A stretch of 64,000 nt of DNA from Rhina ancylostomus (taxonomy: Eukaryota): contig JARFYF010000046.1 in the NCBI GenBank assembly GCA_030265395.1, positions 5,996,593 to 6,060,592 on the forward strand. Reading direction: 5' to 3'. The notes beneath the pieces are model-generated. The model made no database searches. It saw only the letters and a list, made by a program, of their open reading frames with translations, and had not been told where the DNA came from. Position 1 is the stretch's first letter; every line of letters starts with the position of its first letter. Below are positions 11,160 to 23,541 of this stretch, one piece after another. Position numbers and translations under genes: made by a program.

Positions 11160-11282
11160 TTTATCCCACATCCCTGCACTGTAGCCAAGGGACCAGAACA
11201 CAGCATGGCCTCCTGAGAAGTTAAACAGCTGCGATAATCTGCACACTGAACCAGCGAGTCCTGCTTATCTGAGATCAAATTC
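11160..11282 (-). CDS. HIRA: HIRA coding exon (approx. exon 22): NLISDKQDSLVQCADYRSCLTSQEAMLCSGPLATVQGCGI
   Basis: 123 bp, phase 2-2; TTTTACAG acceptor, GTAAGT donor. Confidence 0.96.
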
Positions 11283-14074
11283 CTGTAAAATGAAACATTT
11301 AAATGAGATAAAAGGCCTGGAGTAGGTTGACATGGGTCAATTTTACTGGACTACCCACATTATCCCTCTTTAGTACCAGATGATTACACGTTTACAAAAA
11401 GTTTGTGGAAAGTTGCCTGCAAGCATCAGAAGTATTAGTCACCTACAAAGATTACTGGATAGGAGTCTGCCTGTCATCTGTATAATGTAGTCATATTATT
11501 CCTCCAGTTATGAAGAATGGGGCTGCAACAGTAGCTGGGTTCTCCTGTGTGCTTAAGTATACAATATATATCCCGTACAGGGTTGCTTCCGAGGTTACTT
11601 GGTAACATCAAGTCCTTCAGGATACACGGACTTCTTGACAGTCCATCCAAGAAACAGGCTGTAAAGGAAGTACACTGCATCCTGGAAGGCTTGGAACTGG
11701 AGTAGATGATTTCTGGAAGCAAAAGTGGCAGCCAAACAGGAATTTTCATTAAGCTTATTTCTGACTAAGCACTATGCCTAAATTCATCTGCTCTTTTTTG
11801 TTCTTTTCATGTTTGGGAGTAATGCAACAATGTTCCCTTAACCCTCACTGATCAGATGAATTGACTTGCTCCATTTCAAGTTCATATTGGCAAACATTTC
11901 ACGATGGCTACCAGATGCTTTTACTGCAAGGTAGTTTTAACAAACATATCCCACCCTGCAATTTTGACAAGACTTGAAAATTACATTAGCGCTTCCGATT
12001 ATGAACTTGGGTCACAGAGAGAAACTCAGCCAGAGATATTCTCAAATATTAATAATAATTTCTAACTACCAGGAATACACATTGTACTTAATCACAACAG
12101 ATATCAAAAAGTGCACTGATCAATATATTTGCATAGTCCTGCAGTGTTCAGAACTAGACAATTTTGGAAGAAGCCACGGTGTAGATGTGCACCTGTACAG
12201 CATGGGATTCATGCAGACCCATTGAATGCTGGTCCTTCCTCTGTGGGTGTCCAATGCAAAAGGAACTTAACAGAAAGACCAGTTTGTTATCTTTACATAC
12301 AGCACTAGTGTGCTGCCCACAAATAGATTGTTTATACCAGGGGGAAATCCCAAGCACACAAAATACCTAAATCTGATTTAAAAAACACTCCCCAGCACTA
12401 TTTATGAGTTGTCTGACTACTGAGTTTGGTCTATTTGAAAGTACAGGCATCTCCCCAGTTAGTCAAATCATTTAATAAGTATCAGTTACATATTTTTAGG
12501 TTTATTCATCTCCAGGCCTACAAGAGAGCTGACTACAGTGGTAAACAATGGGTGTAAAAAGAATGCTTCTAAAAGCTTAAAGAAGAGCTTGTTTGAAGAA
12601 TTCTGATGCTACTCAAGAAATTAAACTGTGTACTTAACAGTAACATACATCAAAGAGCTGCATTGCAAAATGTTCTGATAAAGGCTGCTTGGGTTGATAC
12701 AAGAGGACTCTCTTCCTAATGTAATGACTGGGACTACTAGTCTGCCCATCACTCAAGGTTTCACAGGCTTTGAGAGACACATTGCATCGATCAGCTTTGA
12801 GACACCAAATCCAAATTAAATTTAAAGAGAAGTGTATATGTATTTGGAAAGAAAGAATAGCATTGCTAAGAGCTATGGAGTGAAATTAATTGTTTAGTTC
12901 GTACTAGGAATCACTGTAGCCACAACAGACTGAATGGTCTCCCTGGATTATATGATAATGATAATTAGAAACTGTAGTGTCCAAGCAGTAATCCCTCATC
13001 ACTGCTCACACTGATGCAACTTCCTGCAAAGTTAGAGTGCAGCTTTCTCTGTTCACTAACTCCTATCAAGAACTGCTGCACTCACTATCCTACATCTGAC
13101 ATTACAGACATTGTTAAGCATACGCAGTGCATTATTTTACTTACTGAATAATAGTGGGACTCGATTTACCAGAAGTGAATTGTCATTGCTGTGCAGTTAA
13201 CAGTAACTAATCTGATGAATGCTAATATTACAGCAAGGAAGAGTTGAATCAGCGCGTCATGCTAGAGCTCTCCAAAGAATGGCTGCTAATTACACTAATC
13301 TCATTTCCTCCTCTTCTCCTGCAATCACTGAGGTGTTTTCCCTTTAGTAACTTTACTTAGTTCCCATCTCAAGTGCTAGGATCGATATGACTTTAATTGC
13401 TCTGTATTTTGATTCTATCTTCTAATAACCTTTTAATTCCACATTTTCCCAACATCTCCTCTCACGTTTTGAACACTCTTCCTCCATTATGTCTCATTGC
13501 TAGCAATGAGCAGCCCTACGAACAATTTCATCCATCATTAATGCCCTCTACTCTGTTACTTGCAGTCACGTCTCCTAAATCCTTAGATTCTTATACTTTA
13601 GTAAATCCAGCACAGCATCTCCTCCACGACAGCTTTCTGACATGACACTACCCAACACCCGGTGATACTTTGCAGAGAAGATGGGATTATACAATTCACT
13701 CAGCCTGCCAGCCAGACCATGTCTAGCACCACATGGCTTTGTTTGCATTAAGCTACTGAACTTCATGACAAATATGCCATTTGAAAACTGTGATTATTGA
13801 TTCTGGCATTCGTTCACAGTCCACTAAATGTATTTGTTTGTCAGCATACTACTGGCACTTCTATGGTCCATTTAATGCAACAAGAGCATTCCAAAACATT
13901 TTGTCAAGTTGACAGTTGGATACTGTTTCAATCACAGAATGAGGAACCCTTGAAGAAGGGGAGAAGACAACACAGTGTGGAGCAGAGGAATCAGACAGTA
14001 TTGGCACCAAACAGGGAACGAAGGGGGGCACGGAAAAGGCATTAGAGTCAAATGAGCACAGACCAATTACTGAT

Positions 14075-14202
14075 GCATCAGAATGGGCGACTTTGGAAGA
14101 TGCATGGCATCAGAATGGGCGACTTTGGAAGATGCGTGGCATCAGAATGGGCGACTTTGGAAGATGCATGGCATCAGAATGGGCGACTTTGGAAGATGCG
14201 TG
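14075..14202 (+). repeat. Minisatellite, 4 x 32 bp (GCATCAGAATGGGCGACTTTGGAAGATGCRTG)
   Basis: Units start at 14075, 14107, 14139 and 14171; no spacers. Confidence 0.97.
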
Positions 14203-15518
14203 ATTTAGAAAGCCATAGCAGGTTTGTAAATAGCAACTGAGAGCCTTGAATTGGTTCACAGCATGACTTTGACAATCTGGCACCTGTTCAGAAATCCAGA
14301 TGGTTCGGCATCTGGCTCACTCATTAGTTGGGAACGTGAGCAAGCAAAGTGTGTGGCCAGAGCCAAGGGTCTGGTTGGAACTGAGGCTGGGATCTGGAAC
14401 ACCAGGGGTCAGCAATGGGGGTAATCCTGCAGTTTGAATCAGGGTCTGGAGCACTTGTAAATTTCCTGCTCCTTTCGAATTCACTGGTACACTGGAGAAT
14501 TTATTTTACTACTGTGTAATATGTAAAAAAACAAACAAAATTAAAGTGCATTTGCGTATTAATGAATAACATTCAATAGTCCAGAAAATCTGCTAGTCCA
14601 GCACTACCGAAGTCCCAAGGATACTGGATTATCAGAGCTTCACTGTACTGAGTGAATGCTCTTATTCCACTTTTTTCATTGACACATCACACACTTCTGC
14701 AGCAACATGCCACCTGTGGCTTCAATACATTCTGACACAATGTACACACGACCATTCACCTGGTGCAACCAGTAAGAGGCAGCACTCAGCATGGATGGCA
14801 GGTGAGAAAATAGTAAAGACGGCACTTAAGTGTGCATATCTAGAACTAAAAGGCACAAATGTAGGTCTCGAGGTGTTGGGAGAAAAGTAAAGGCAAAGGC
14901 CGGTGACATGTTAAGGAAAGATTAGATAATGAAGTGAGTTTAAAGTTCAGCTGTCTTAGTTAAACAAATGCTGAGACTGCTCAATGCCTGGCTCACCTGA
15001 ATCATCAGGAAAGAAAGGGGAATGCCATTAGGCTCCGAGATGAACAACGTCCGGTTGCAGCCGAACAAGTTGACTTCAATCTAAGGACACATACTTGTTC
15101 TTTTCACCTCTGAGAGGAGGATGAATTACAGTTGGGACAACCACCATGGTAGTTCTGAAGTCAGGGATGATGGTGTCAAGAAACAGCATTCATGCAAACA
15201 TTGACCCCCATTCCCAGGAATAACCCAACGTGAGCAGAATGTTGAACCTTGCGCACATCCCCATATAGGTTGGGAAGCAAAACAGTTGCAATGGCTGTGT
15301 TGGTACATCAGGAAAAGTGGCAAATGGTAAAAGTATATGAGTGATATCCATCTCAGAAGAGCACTGGATGGAATCCTCTCCTTTACTGATGCAAAATACC
15401 CTGCAAAGTTCCTCACCCCTACCCTGCAACTATTTGTTTCTCCAATTAAAAAACTTTTCCCATTTGTACAGTGTTACACAAGGCTCTATATACGACCAAT
15501 AAAACATCAATTTCTTAC

Positions 15519-15624
15519 CATGTGCAGAGGGACGTGTTGAAGCAGTATGACTTGCCATTGGACAAAGTGACAACCGGGACACCGTGATGTGTAAGTAGCG
15601 ATTGGGTTATAGTAGTATCATTAC
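15519..15624 (-). CDS. HIRA: HIRA coding exon (approx. exon 21): GNDTTITQSLLTHHGVPVVTLSNGKSYCFNTSLCTW
   Basis: 106 bp; TTCACAG acceptor, GTAAGA donor; LLT.HG.PV..LS.GK.YCF motif. Confidence 0.96.
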
Positions 15625-17399
15625 CTGTGAACAAAATGCAAGAATACCTTACAGCTTAGCATACAAATTATATCACGTTATTTAGACGGCAATGTCAGGG
15701 ACTGCACCATATTCCTTAACAGCACATCTTTTTGAAGGGTCAGGGAAGGCAATGCCTTCTGCAACACAACAGCCCCGATGAGGGATTACAATGGATCCTT
15801 TACTGTATCTGGACAAAGTGTAATGGTCTGGGGTTACAGTGTATTCTGTAATACAGTCACGTCACTCATTGACTGCAGTGCACTGTGTAATACAGCACGT
15901 TGTGTCAAAGATTGCACAACATTTAATAACATAGCATTAATGATTTTAAATGGTATCTGGTACATTTAGCTAGTGCAACAGAAAGTCCATAAAAGTTCAA
16001 ATTCACACACCACTGCCTTACAGATATTTTCTCCAACTGTGTACATCAAATGACTAAAACACAGCTTCACTTTTACAGATAAGAGTCTCAGTTTGGATGT
16101 GATCCCATTCCAGTTAAGAAAGGGACAACTGTGAAAACTCAGATCCAATAAACAGATTTGTGGAGAAGCTGGTGAAAGGTAAAAATGAACTGCAGGTGAA
16201 ACAGTTTGTATTTGGAAACAATACAGCATTCAACTAGTTACAATCATCCAATTTCACAGCATTCAACCCACCACACCTGTGCCCGATTTCTGAAAGTGCT
16301 CTGCAGTTGGTCCCACTTTTTCACTCTTTCTCCTCAGTTCTACTATCTCATTTTGGATATTCAGGACCCCTTTGGAAGTTAATAAAAAATCTGTTTCCAC
16401 CCTTCTTTTAAACAGTGCACTCAGATCATTACAACTCAAAGCAAAAGAAGTTTTCATCTTCCCTCAAGTTCTTTCATTTTATCTGATATCTGACTCCTCT
16501 AGTTATTAAGTGTTCTGTCACTAGAAACACTAACTCCTTATTCTCCACTTAAATAACCAGCACAAGTCCAAACTCTAATAAATTCTCCTTTAACTTTGTT
16601 TGCTCTAAGGAAAGCAATCCTTGGATCTGGATAATGAATTCAAGATTTACACTGAGAATGACTAGGGTTGGACGTGCTGTTAGGCAATTCAGCAGTTTGT
16701 GGAAAATCATTTCTCAAGTCACTGAAATAGAGCAAGAGGCAAGAAACCAACGATCACAGAATGACAAATAATTATTGATCAGGATGCCGAGCCGAATTCC
16801 CATTTGTTGCACCACTGGAATTTTCCTGTTCTTCTTCAATAAAACTTCATGGGTTGCTAAGCCTCATTTAGATGTGCCTGGTAAAAATTCCAGCCAGCAA
16901 TAATTGGGAACACAATCCTATAGAAAATGATGGTAGAAAGAAAACTTTAGAATTTGATGAACAATGGCATCTCACAATTCACACGCCTGTTGATTAACTA
17001 GACGTTAGTTTTGGTGGCTGGAAGAGGAAGTGTTTGTTTATCTCAAACTAATTTGACTACAAGGAAACAGATGTACAGGAAATGGCAAAAAAGAACTCAG
17101 TCTAAATTGACAAAACATGAAGCATAATCATTTTATTTTAGTTTGCCAAAGTCCCTGGTCAGGTTTCAGTACAGCCAGGTGTAGCTGACAAACAGCTCAG
17201 GGAAGGTTCAATGGTCCAATGTTTGCATTTTACAGCAGTGCCTGAGAAATGTAATGAAATCAATAAAGTATAATAACAAGTAGATTATGATTTTTTTTTA
17301 AAAAGTGACATTTCATTTATCTGTAGTTATGGGAAAATGGATGAGAGCTTGATTAAGAGGGGCACACACTGCCCAATTCATCCTGATCACACAGCATTT

Positions 17400-18220
17400 T
17401 AATTTCACAGTCCCTGGTTAGTCAGAGCAGATCATTCCAAGGCGAGGATAAAAAGATGGATTTCCAAATTCTGGATACTACCATTTCCAAGATCTCCACC
17501 CCAACCCCATCAATCATCACTGACCAAAAAAAAATCAACTGGATCAGCCACGATAACACTGCGTAATGAGAGCAGATTAGGAGCTGGGTATCTTCTAGGG
17601 AGTGCTTCATCTAATACCCCATAGCTTTTCTGTCAAATACAAGGCACAATCAGGAGTTTGACTGAACACTCTTCATTTGCCTAGCTAAGTACAGCTTCAA
17701 TAACCCTCACGGAGTTTAACACTATTGAANNNNNNNNNNNNNNNNNNNNNNNNNNNNNNNNNNNNNNNNNNNNNNNNNNNNNNNNNNNNNNNNNNNNNNN
17801 NNNNNNNNNNNNNNNNNNNNNNNNNNNNNCAGCTTCAATAACCCTCAAGGAGTTTAACACTATTGAAGACAATAAACACTGATTAGCAACCCAGACACAA
17901 CAGTAAACACTCATTCTCTCCACCAGCATCACCCCAAGGCTCCAATGTGTTCCATCTACAAAATACACTACAGTTACCTACCCAAGTCACCTCAACAGCA
18001 GCAGGCACATGGGAACACCACCACTTGCAGCTGCCACTCTAAGTTGCACACCATCTTAACTTAAAAATGTATTGCTTTTCCTTCATTATCATTGGAGCTG
18101 AATCCTGCAACTCTAACCTCAACAGTTTTGTGTGAGTGCCTTCACCAGGATTAAGTGGTGGTTCACCAACACCTTCTCAAGGTAGTTATGGATGGGCAAT
18201 AAATGCTGGCATTGCTAGCT
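17400..18220 (+). mobile_element. Old CR1/L2-clade LINE 3' relic; same family at about 21680-22100, 26640-28080, 36480-37050, 42530-42690 (+) and 44560-45850, 47090-47200, 49090-49560, 62930-63140 (-)
   Basis: Shared segments caccaccttctcaagg...ggatgggcaataaatgctgg and ccttcat..tc.ctgggt..aaatcct; no intact ORF. Confidence 0.6.
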
Positions 18221-20117
18221 TCACTCATTTTGAAATACAAGTAATAAATAAAATTCAATATTGCCCTTTAATAATAAGTAAATAATTTCAATGAATGATA
18301 TTCTCAGATTGGAAAATTTAGTCCCATGGAAGGACAACTTCCTAGCTGCTCTGCACAACCCATTCACCCAAGTCAACTCCCAAACACATACGATGCAGGA
18401 GTAAATAAAGGATTTCTCTTCTATTTAGTGCCACTAGATTTGTGTGCATCCTGGCATCAATTCCTTTAGACAGTTGTACCAAGGCAAAAGGAACAATTTG
18501 TTCCTTTCTGAAAAGGCAGCTTATTTTTCCTGGTAAAAACTTATGCATATGTGAACTATCCTTGCAGAAGCACTTTGCCATTGAAAACATGTAGGACAGA
18601 AATGTCCTCAGGTACTGTTTCAAAATTTGGTGGCAGCTCAACTGTAAATCAGTTAAAATGTCTTCACACAAAGGGTGTGAGAATGCAGTATCCCACAGAA
18701 ACAGAATAGAGACAACTGCACTGGGGAAAAAAAGTGACTTGTGCTAATCTGTACGTGTTGTTTTATCTCAATTGCTAGAGTTACATCAGAACCTCTCCCT
18801 CATTAAATTATAAAATGATATAGACAGTTTTAATCGGAAACCCACACAGCAGACAAAAAGAAATCTCAGGATTATAATCTTTTTACTACATTAAAACGGG
18901 CCATGTTTTAATGACTATGGGACTGAACTGCTCGACATTTCATACATTTTCTGCATCAAATAACGCTTACTTCCACTTCTGCAATATTAACCCCATTTGT
19001 CCCTACCCCTTGCTTTACTTGTTGCTGAACCCTGGTGAATATTAAATCATCTCCAGACTTGACTACTTCAATGATTTCTCTATAAATTGCTGTCACTGAC
19101 ACTGCCACATGCATCCTAGCTCACATCTGGTCCTTTGGCCCAACAACTGTCCAGTTAATCTTACTCCGGAACATTAATATTAAAGTCCTATCCTTGGATT
19201 TATGTCTCAGACCAAGGCCAAGTTCACCCTCCAACTCTGAGACATGCTTCTGCCAATGTTCCACACCAAGCATGCTTCCCTGAACCTAGACTTTAATGAT
19301 CCTTCCTTTTTTTTGCCCTTCTGCCTTTTCTATTCTCTAGAACTCTTCCTCTAAACCTCTCAGTATTTTAACCTTGCTCTACTTTAAACCTTACTAAAAC
19401 CCATCTCTTCAACAATGTTTTATTCTCCTAAATGCTCTGTTCCTGGTTCAATGTCTATTTCCTTTCCCTCGATAGACTGCAGAGATTTTGTTTATCTTGA
19501 AACCACAACATAAATCAATATATTGTTATCATTGCTGTCACTGATTAAGGCTGTCCAGCCAAAAAGACGAAAGTAAATGCTGAGAAGAATAAAAGCACTT
19601 GCTGAGAAGTAATGGTACTAAACATGCAGAGAAATGAACAAGAAATCTGATTTAAAAAAGTGAAAAATAGCTGCGGCTGACAAAAAATGCTAGAGAAGAG
19701 AAGATGGACCAATAGTAGAACCCTGTTACTATAAACACTGTAATTTGGCATTAGCTAAGTGGGCTTTACGGTATGGAACACCAACAACATCAGGCTGAGA
19801 GCCAGAACTCTTCATTCACCTCTGCTTTACACAGGGCGTATGCAGCTCCAGACCAGGAAATTCTTGCTGGCCTCCAAATATTTGATAGAAAATATTAAAA
19901 TAAACCAAAAGGAGTGTAAAAATGTGAAATGCAATGTGCCAGCTGTGATCAGAACATAAATAAAAGCTTTACAAAATTTGATCAGTCAAGGGAAATGGTA
20001 GCTGGTTAGAGAAGCTGAACAAATGTGTAATCAACTAGTTTCACAATTCAATTCACACCCAGTTTTGCAGTTAGTGCATTAATATTTGTTTGCAGCTGCA
20101 CAGTTGAAGTCCAGTAC

Positions 20118-20176
20118 CTGATAATATAGTGATCAGAGACTCATCCTTGACCAACACAGTCTGTTTCTTTGCATCC
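20118..20176 (-). CDS. HIRA: HIRA coding exon (approx. exon 20): DAKKQTVLVKDESLITILS
   Basis: 59 bp; TTCTTCCAG acceptor, GTACTG donor; completes the conserved W-D across the junction. Confidence 0.93.
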
Positions 20177-20696
20177 CTGGAAGAACAAGGAAACATGAAA
20201 TACAACCAATTCCCCAATTTGCACTCACTGCTGATTTAATGGATAAGCAGAAACTTTTTCCAGATCTACAGGTGTCAACTTGATGCTCAAAGCTGTCCCA
20301 ATGCAAAATAGCAAAGCATTGCCTACAATATCTCTCCTTTAACTATTTCCCATCTAAAATACATGGTTGTTTCTCATCTTTTTCCCATAAATTATTCCCA
20401 TGACTTTTAATAGATTCTACTCTCTGATACAGCCTACTTAATAAGTATCTTTCTCTACTGCTTAAAAATAGAAGGCAGAAATGTATCTGTGAAAATGATA
20501 CACGTGCCTGAAACAGAAGGTCACCCTCTTCAATAACCCAAATCGCTCCAATCAGAGATATTTGGAATAAAATAAAACTTAAAATGCAATTAGTAAATTA
20601 AAAAATACAAAACATTTTAAAATGGAATATTATTTCAAAACATAGTAAACAACTATTAATTATAAACATAAACGCACTTAAGAAAATGAAAGATAA

Positions 20697-20775
20697 GGTA
20701 TTGGTATTGTTTTGTTATTGTCACTTGTACCAAGGTACAGTGAAAAACTTGTTTTGCATACAGATCGTACAGGTC
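20697..20775 (-). mobile_element. Rex1/Babar-like 3' tail only (heavily 5'-truncated); another copy at 51193-51341
   Basis: ggtattggtattg...ttattgtcacttgtacc.aggtacagtgaaaa matches 55468-55550. Confidence 0.75.
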
Positions 20776-21126
20776 TGCAGCACCATTGAAATGAATGGGG
20801 ACCTGCTAGTTAAGCCCACAATGGGTGGCATGCAGACTCATGGCTAAGCAATTTATAGAATGCTTGTTGTCAATGGAGAGTCCAGAAGCAGAGTGAGAGC
20901 ACGCTCCTGATTTTTGCATTGCTCTGCACAGGCACTGGAGTCTGGAACTGGCTGCTGCAGTCACTACAGCAAATCAGTGGTTCTCCAAAGACCCGCTGGT
21001 GAAATGTCAGCATAACACAGCTGACTATTTCAACATACATCACATTCCTGCACTATCCCTTATCCCATCTGTATTCCATTTGGATGGGCATTTTTCCTGT
21101 CACTTTCCCTTGTGGCACGCACTTAC

Positions 21127-21288
21127 CAGACAGAGAGTGTGGCAGTAGCCATCAGAGCCATCACAAAGTGACTCGCACAATGCAACGTGGAGATGGGTGA
21201 CTGGAGGAGGATGGCAGGCAGCAGCCGTCGCCCACTTGCCGAAAATACAGACACCATCCGCTCCTCACAGGCCACGCTGACAAGGTCA
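21127..21288 (-). CDS. HIRA: HIRA coding exon (approx. exon 19), C-terminal Hira domain: DLVSVACEERMVSVFSASGRRLLPAILLQSPISTLHCASHFVMALMATATLSVW
   Basis: 162 bp, phase 2-2; TTTTTGCAG acceptor, GTAAGT donor; GRRLL.P and TLSVW motifs. Confidence 0.96.
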
Positions 21289-22139
21289 CTGCAAAAATAA
21301 GAGGGATTAGGATGAGCCTGGCTGAAACTGCATCAATTTGCAACAACATCCACATCAATAGATACAGAGAACCTCAGACTGGCAGCGGTACTGGGGCAGG
21401 GGATGTAAGGTTTTGTTGGAAGGAGGGAAAAAGAGAATGAGCTACCCAGTGTCCAGGGATGGGAACCACAGCCTGATGTGGAGGCGGAAGGAGGGAGATG
21501 GAGCAGCAGATACGGAGGACAATACTACAGGGAATTACAAGGACTATCAAAAATCAATAAATTTACTTTTATGATTACATTAGGATTATGTGGGTGGTCA
21601 GGAGTAATTCAAGACTTTTGAGCTGCTGAAGTGAATAAAAATATACATTAGAAAATGTCATGAACCACATTTACGAAAGATATATTTGCCTTGGAGACAG
21701 TGCTCTCAAGAAACTCAGCAGCTTGCAGGACAAAACAGGTCACTTGACTGGCACCTGCCTATCACCCTGCGCAGTTATCCTCTCTAACACCAACACACCA
21801 TGACTGCAACATGTGGCATCTACTTTTCTAGAATACACCAACAGCATAGAGGCACTCAGCACAGAAACACAGTCCCTTCCGCCCAACAAGTCCACTCCAA
21901 CCACCGACCACCCATTTACACTAACTTCACACTTCCCAAACCCTTGATATCTACACTCAGGCAAAGGATTCAGGGCATGTGAACACCACTACCGACAGGT
22001 TCCAGTCCAATCCGCGCCTTCCTTCACCGTCACCCCATTGCTTTGTAAGGGTACCTTCACCAGCAGGACATCCGAGGATGGGCAATAAATGCTGACAGCA
22101 ACATCCTACAAAAAAAATGAACTAAAACTATGTGCAATT

Positions 22140-22560
22140 ATCAGAACATTACAGCACAAGACAGGCCCTTCGGCCCACGATGTTGTGCTGAACTAACTAA
22201 ACCAATGACTCCAAATTAATCCAATCCTTCCTCCCAGCACATTGACCAGATCCCTCCCTTCTCTGTATATTCATGTGCCTATCTGCCAGTCTCTTAAACG
22301 TTCCTATGCTATCTGCCTCTTCCACCACCCCGGGCAGTGCATTCCCGGCCCCCATAACTCTCTGCAATAAAAACTTGCCTCGCACATCTCTTTTGTACTT
22401 TCCCCCTCTCACCTTGAATACATGTCCTCCAGTACTGGACATTTCAATCCTGGGGAAAAGATACTTGCTGTCTACTCTATCAACGCCTCGCGTAATTTTA
22501 GAAACTTCTATCAAATCACCCCCTCAGCCTCTGCCGCTCTAGAGTAAGTAGCCCCAGCTT
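22140..22560 (-). mobile_element. CR1/HER1-like LINE 3' fragment
   Basis: ORF 22197..22514 (IEVSKITRGVDRVDS...GHVFKVRGG...QRVMGAGNALP) plus tail gggccgaagggcctgt. Confidence 0.85.
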
Positions 22561-23379
22561 ACTGGTAATCACCCTCAATTCTGACAGCAGCTGGAAACAA
22601 CTTGGCCTGATAAACTGCCAAAGGAACTTCTGTAGCTGTTCTGAAGCTATGAAGATGCCCTGTCAGGTTTCTTTATGCTAGGTACAACTCCAGAGCTTAG
22701 AGAGATGTCCTTCGCATCCAACATCCACAATCCCATTGACTGCAGTAGAGAGAAAGTATTTCACCAATGCAGCATGTGCAACTGGGCAAGAAAGTAAGAA
22801 ACTGTTTAACACACAAAGTGGAGCAGAAGTTTCAAACTCTCTTCCACAAATGACAATTAAGGCNNNNNNNNNNNNNNNNNNNNNNNNNNNNNNNNNNNNN
22901 NNNNNNNNNNNNNNNNNNNNNNNNNNNNNNNNNNNNNNNNNNNNNNNNNNNNNNNNNNNNNNNTCTCTTCCACAAATGACAATTAAGGCTAAATCTGAGA
23001 TGTCTGTTAACCAAAGAGATGGAAAAATATGGCCAGAGATGAGTAGAGGGAGTCAGGTCAGTCTGATTAGCCTGAGCGAATTCTCTGATGAAGTAACAGA
23101 GAGGGTGCCTGAAGGTGGGGCAGTAGGTGTCTATGTGAACTTACTACACAAATGTTATGAGATGAAGTCCCTCATTACAGATTTATTCACAAAGCAGAAT
23201 CATGAGACTGTGAGAACTTTGAAAATACTTGGTCTGAGGTGCGGTAGGCAGAGACCAGTGGTGAACAGATGATTTTCTGATTAGAGAGACATATGCAGAT
23301 GCATACCCTAGGGATCTGTATTGCTTCTCTTGGTTATGACCAGATCTTAGGAAGAGGGGGTATAATTTTGAAGTAAAAT

Positions 23380-23541
23380 AACTGCTGGAGGAACTCAGGT
23401 GGTCAGGTGGCAACTGGCAGCAGTCCAGGTGAAGGGTCTCAACCCTAAACGCCAACTGTCCATTTCCCTCCACAGATGCTGCCTGATCCACTGAGTTCCT
23501 CCAGCATTTTGTTTCTTTTGCTCCAGATTCCAGCATCTGCA
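23380..23541. repeat. Palindromic Penelope-associated short repeat; relatives at about 1210-1290, 2760-2900, 4230-4385 and 46395-46500
   Basis: Perfect 16-bp inverted repeat 23383-23398 / 23491-23506; core acagatgctgcctga..ctgag..tcctccagca recurs in the window. Confidence 0.7.

Noticed and set aside
14075-14202. CRISPR-like 32-bp repeats
   Set aside because: Units abut with no unique spacers, there are no cas genes, and the context is a vertebrate intron.
17691-17868. Direct repeats flanking 100-N gaps (also 22837-22989 and 62658-62912)
   Set aside because: Near-identical sequence on both sides of fixed-length gaps indicates unmerged contig overlap, not biology.
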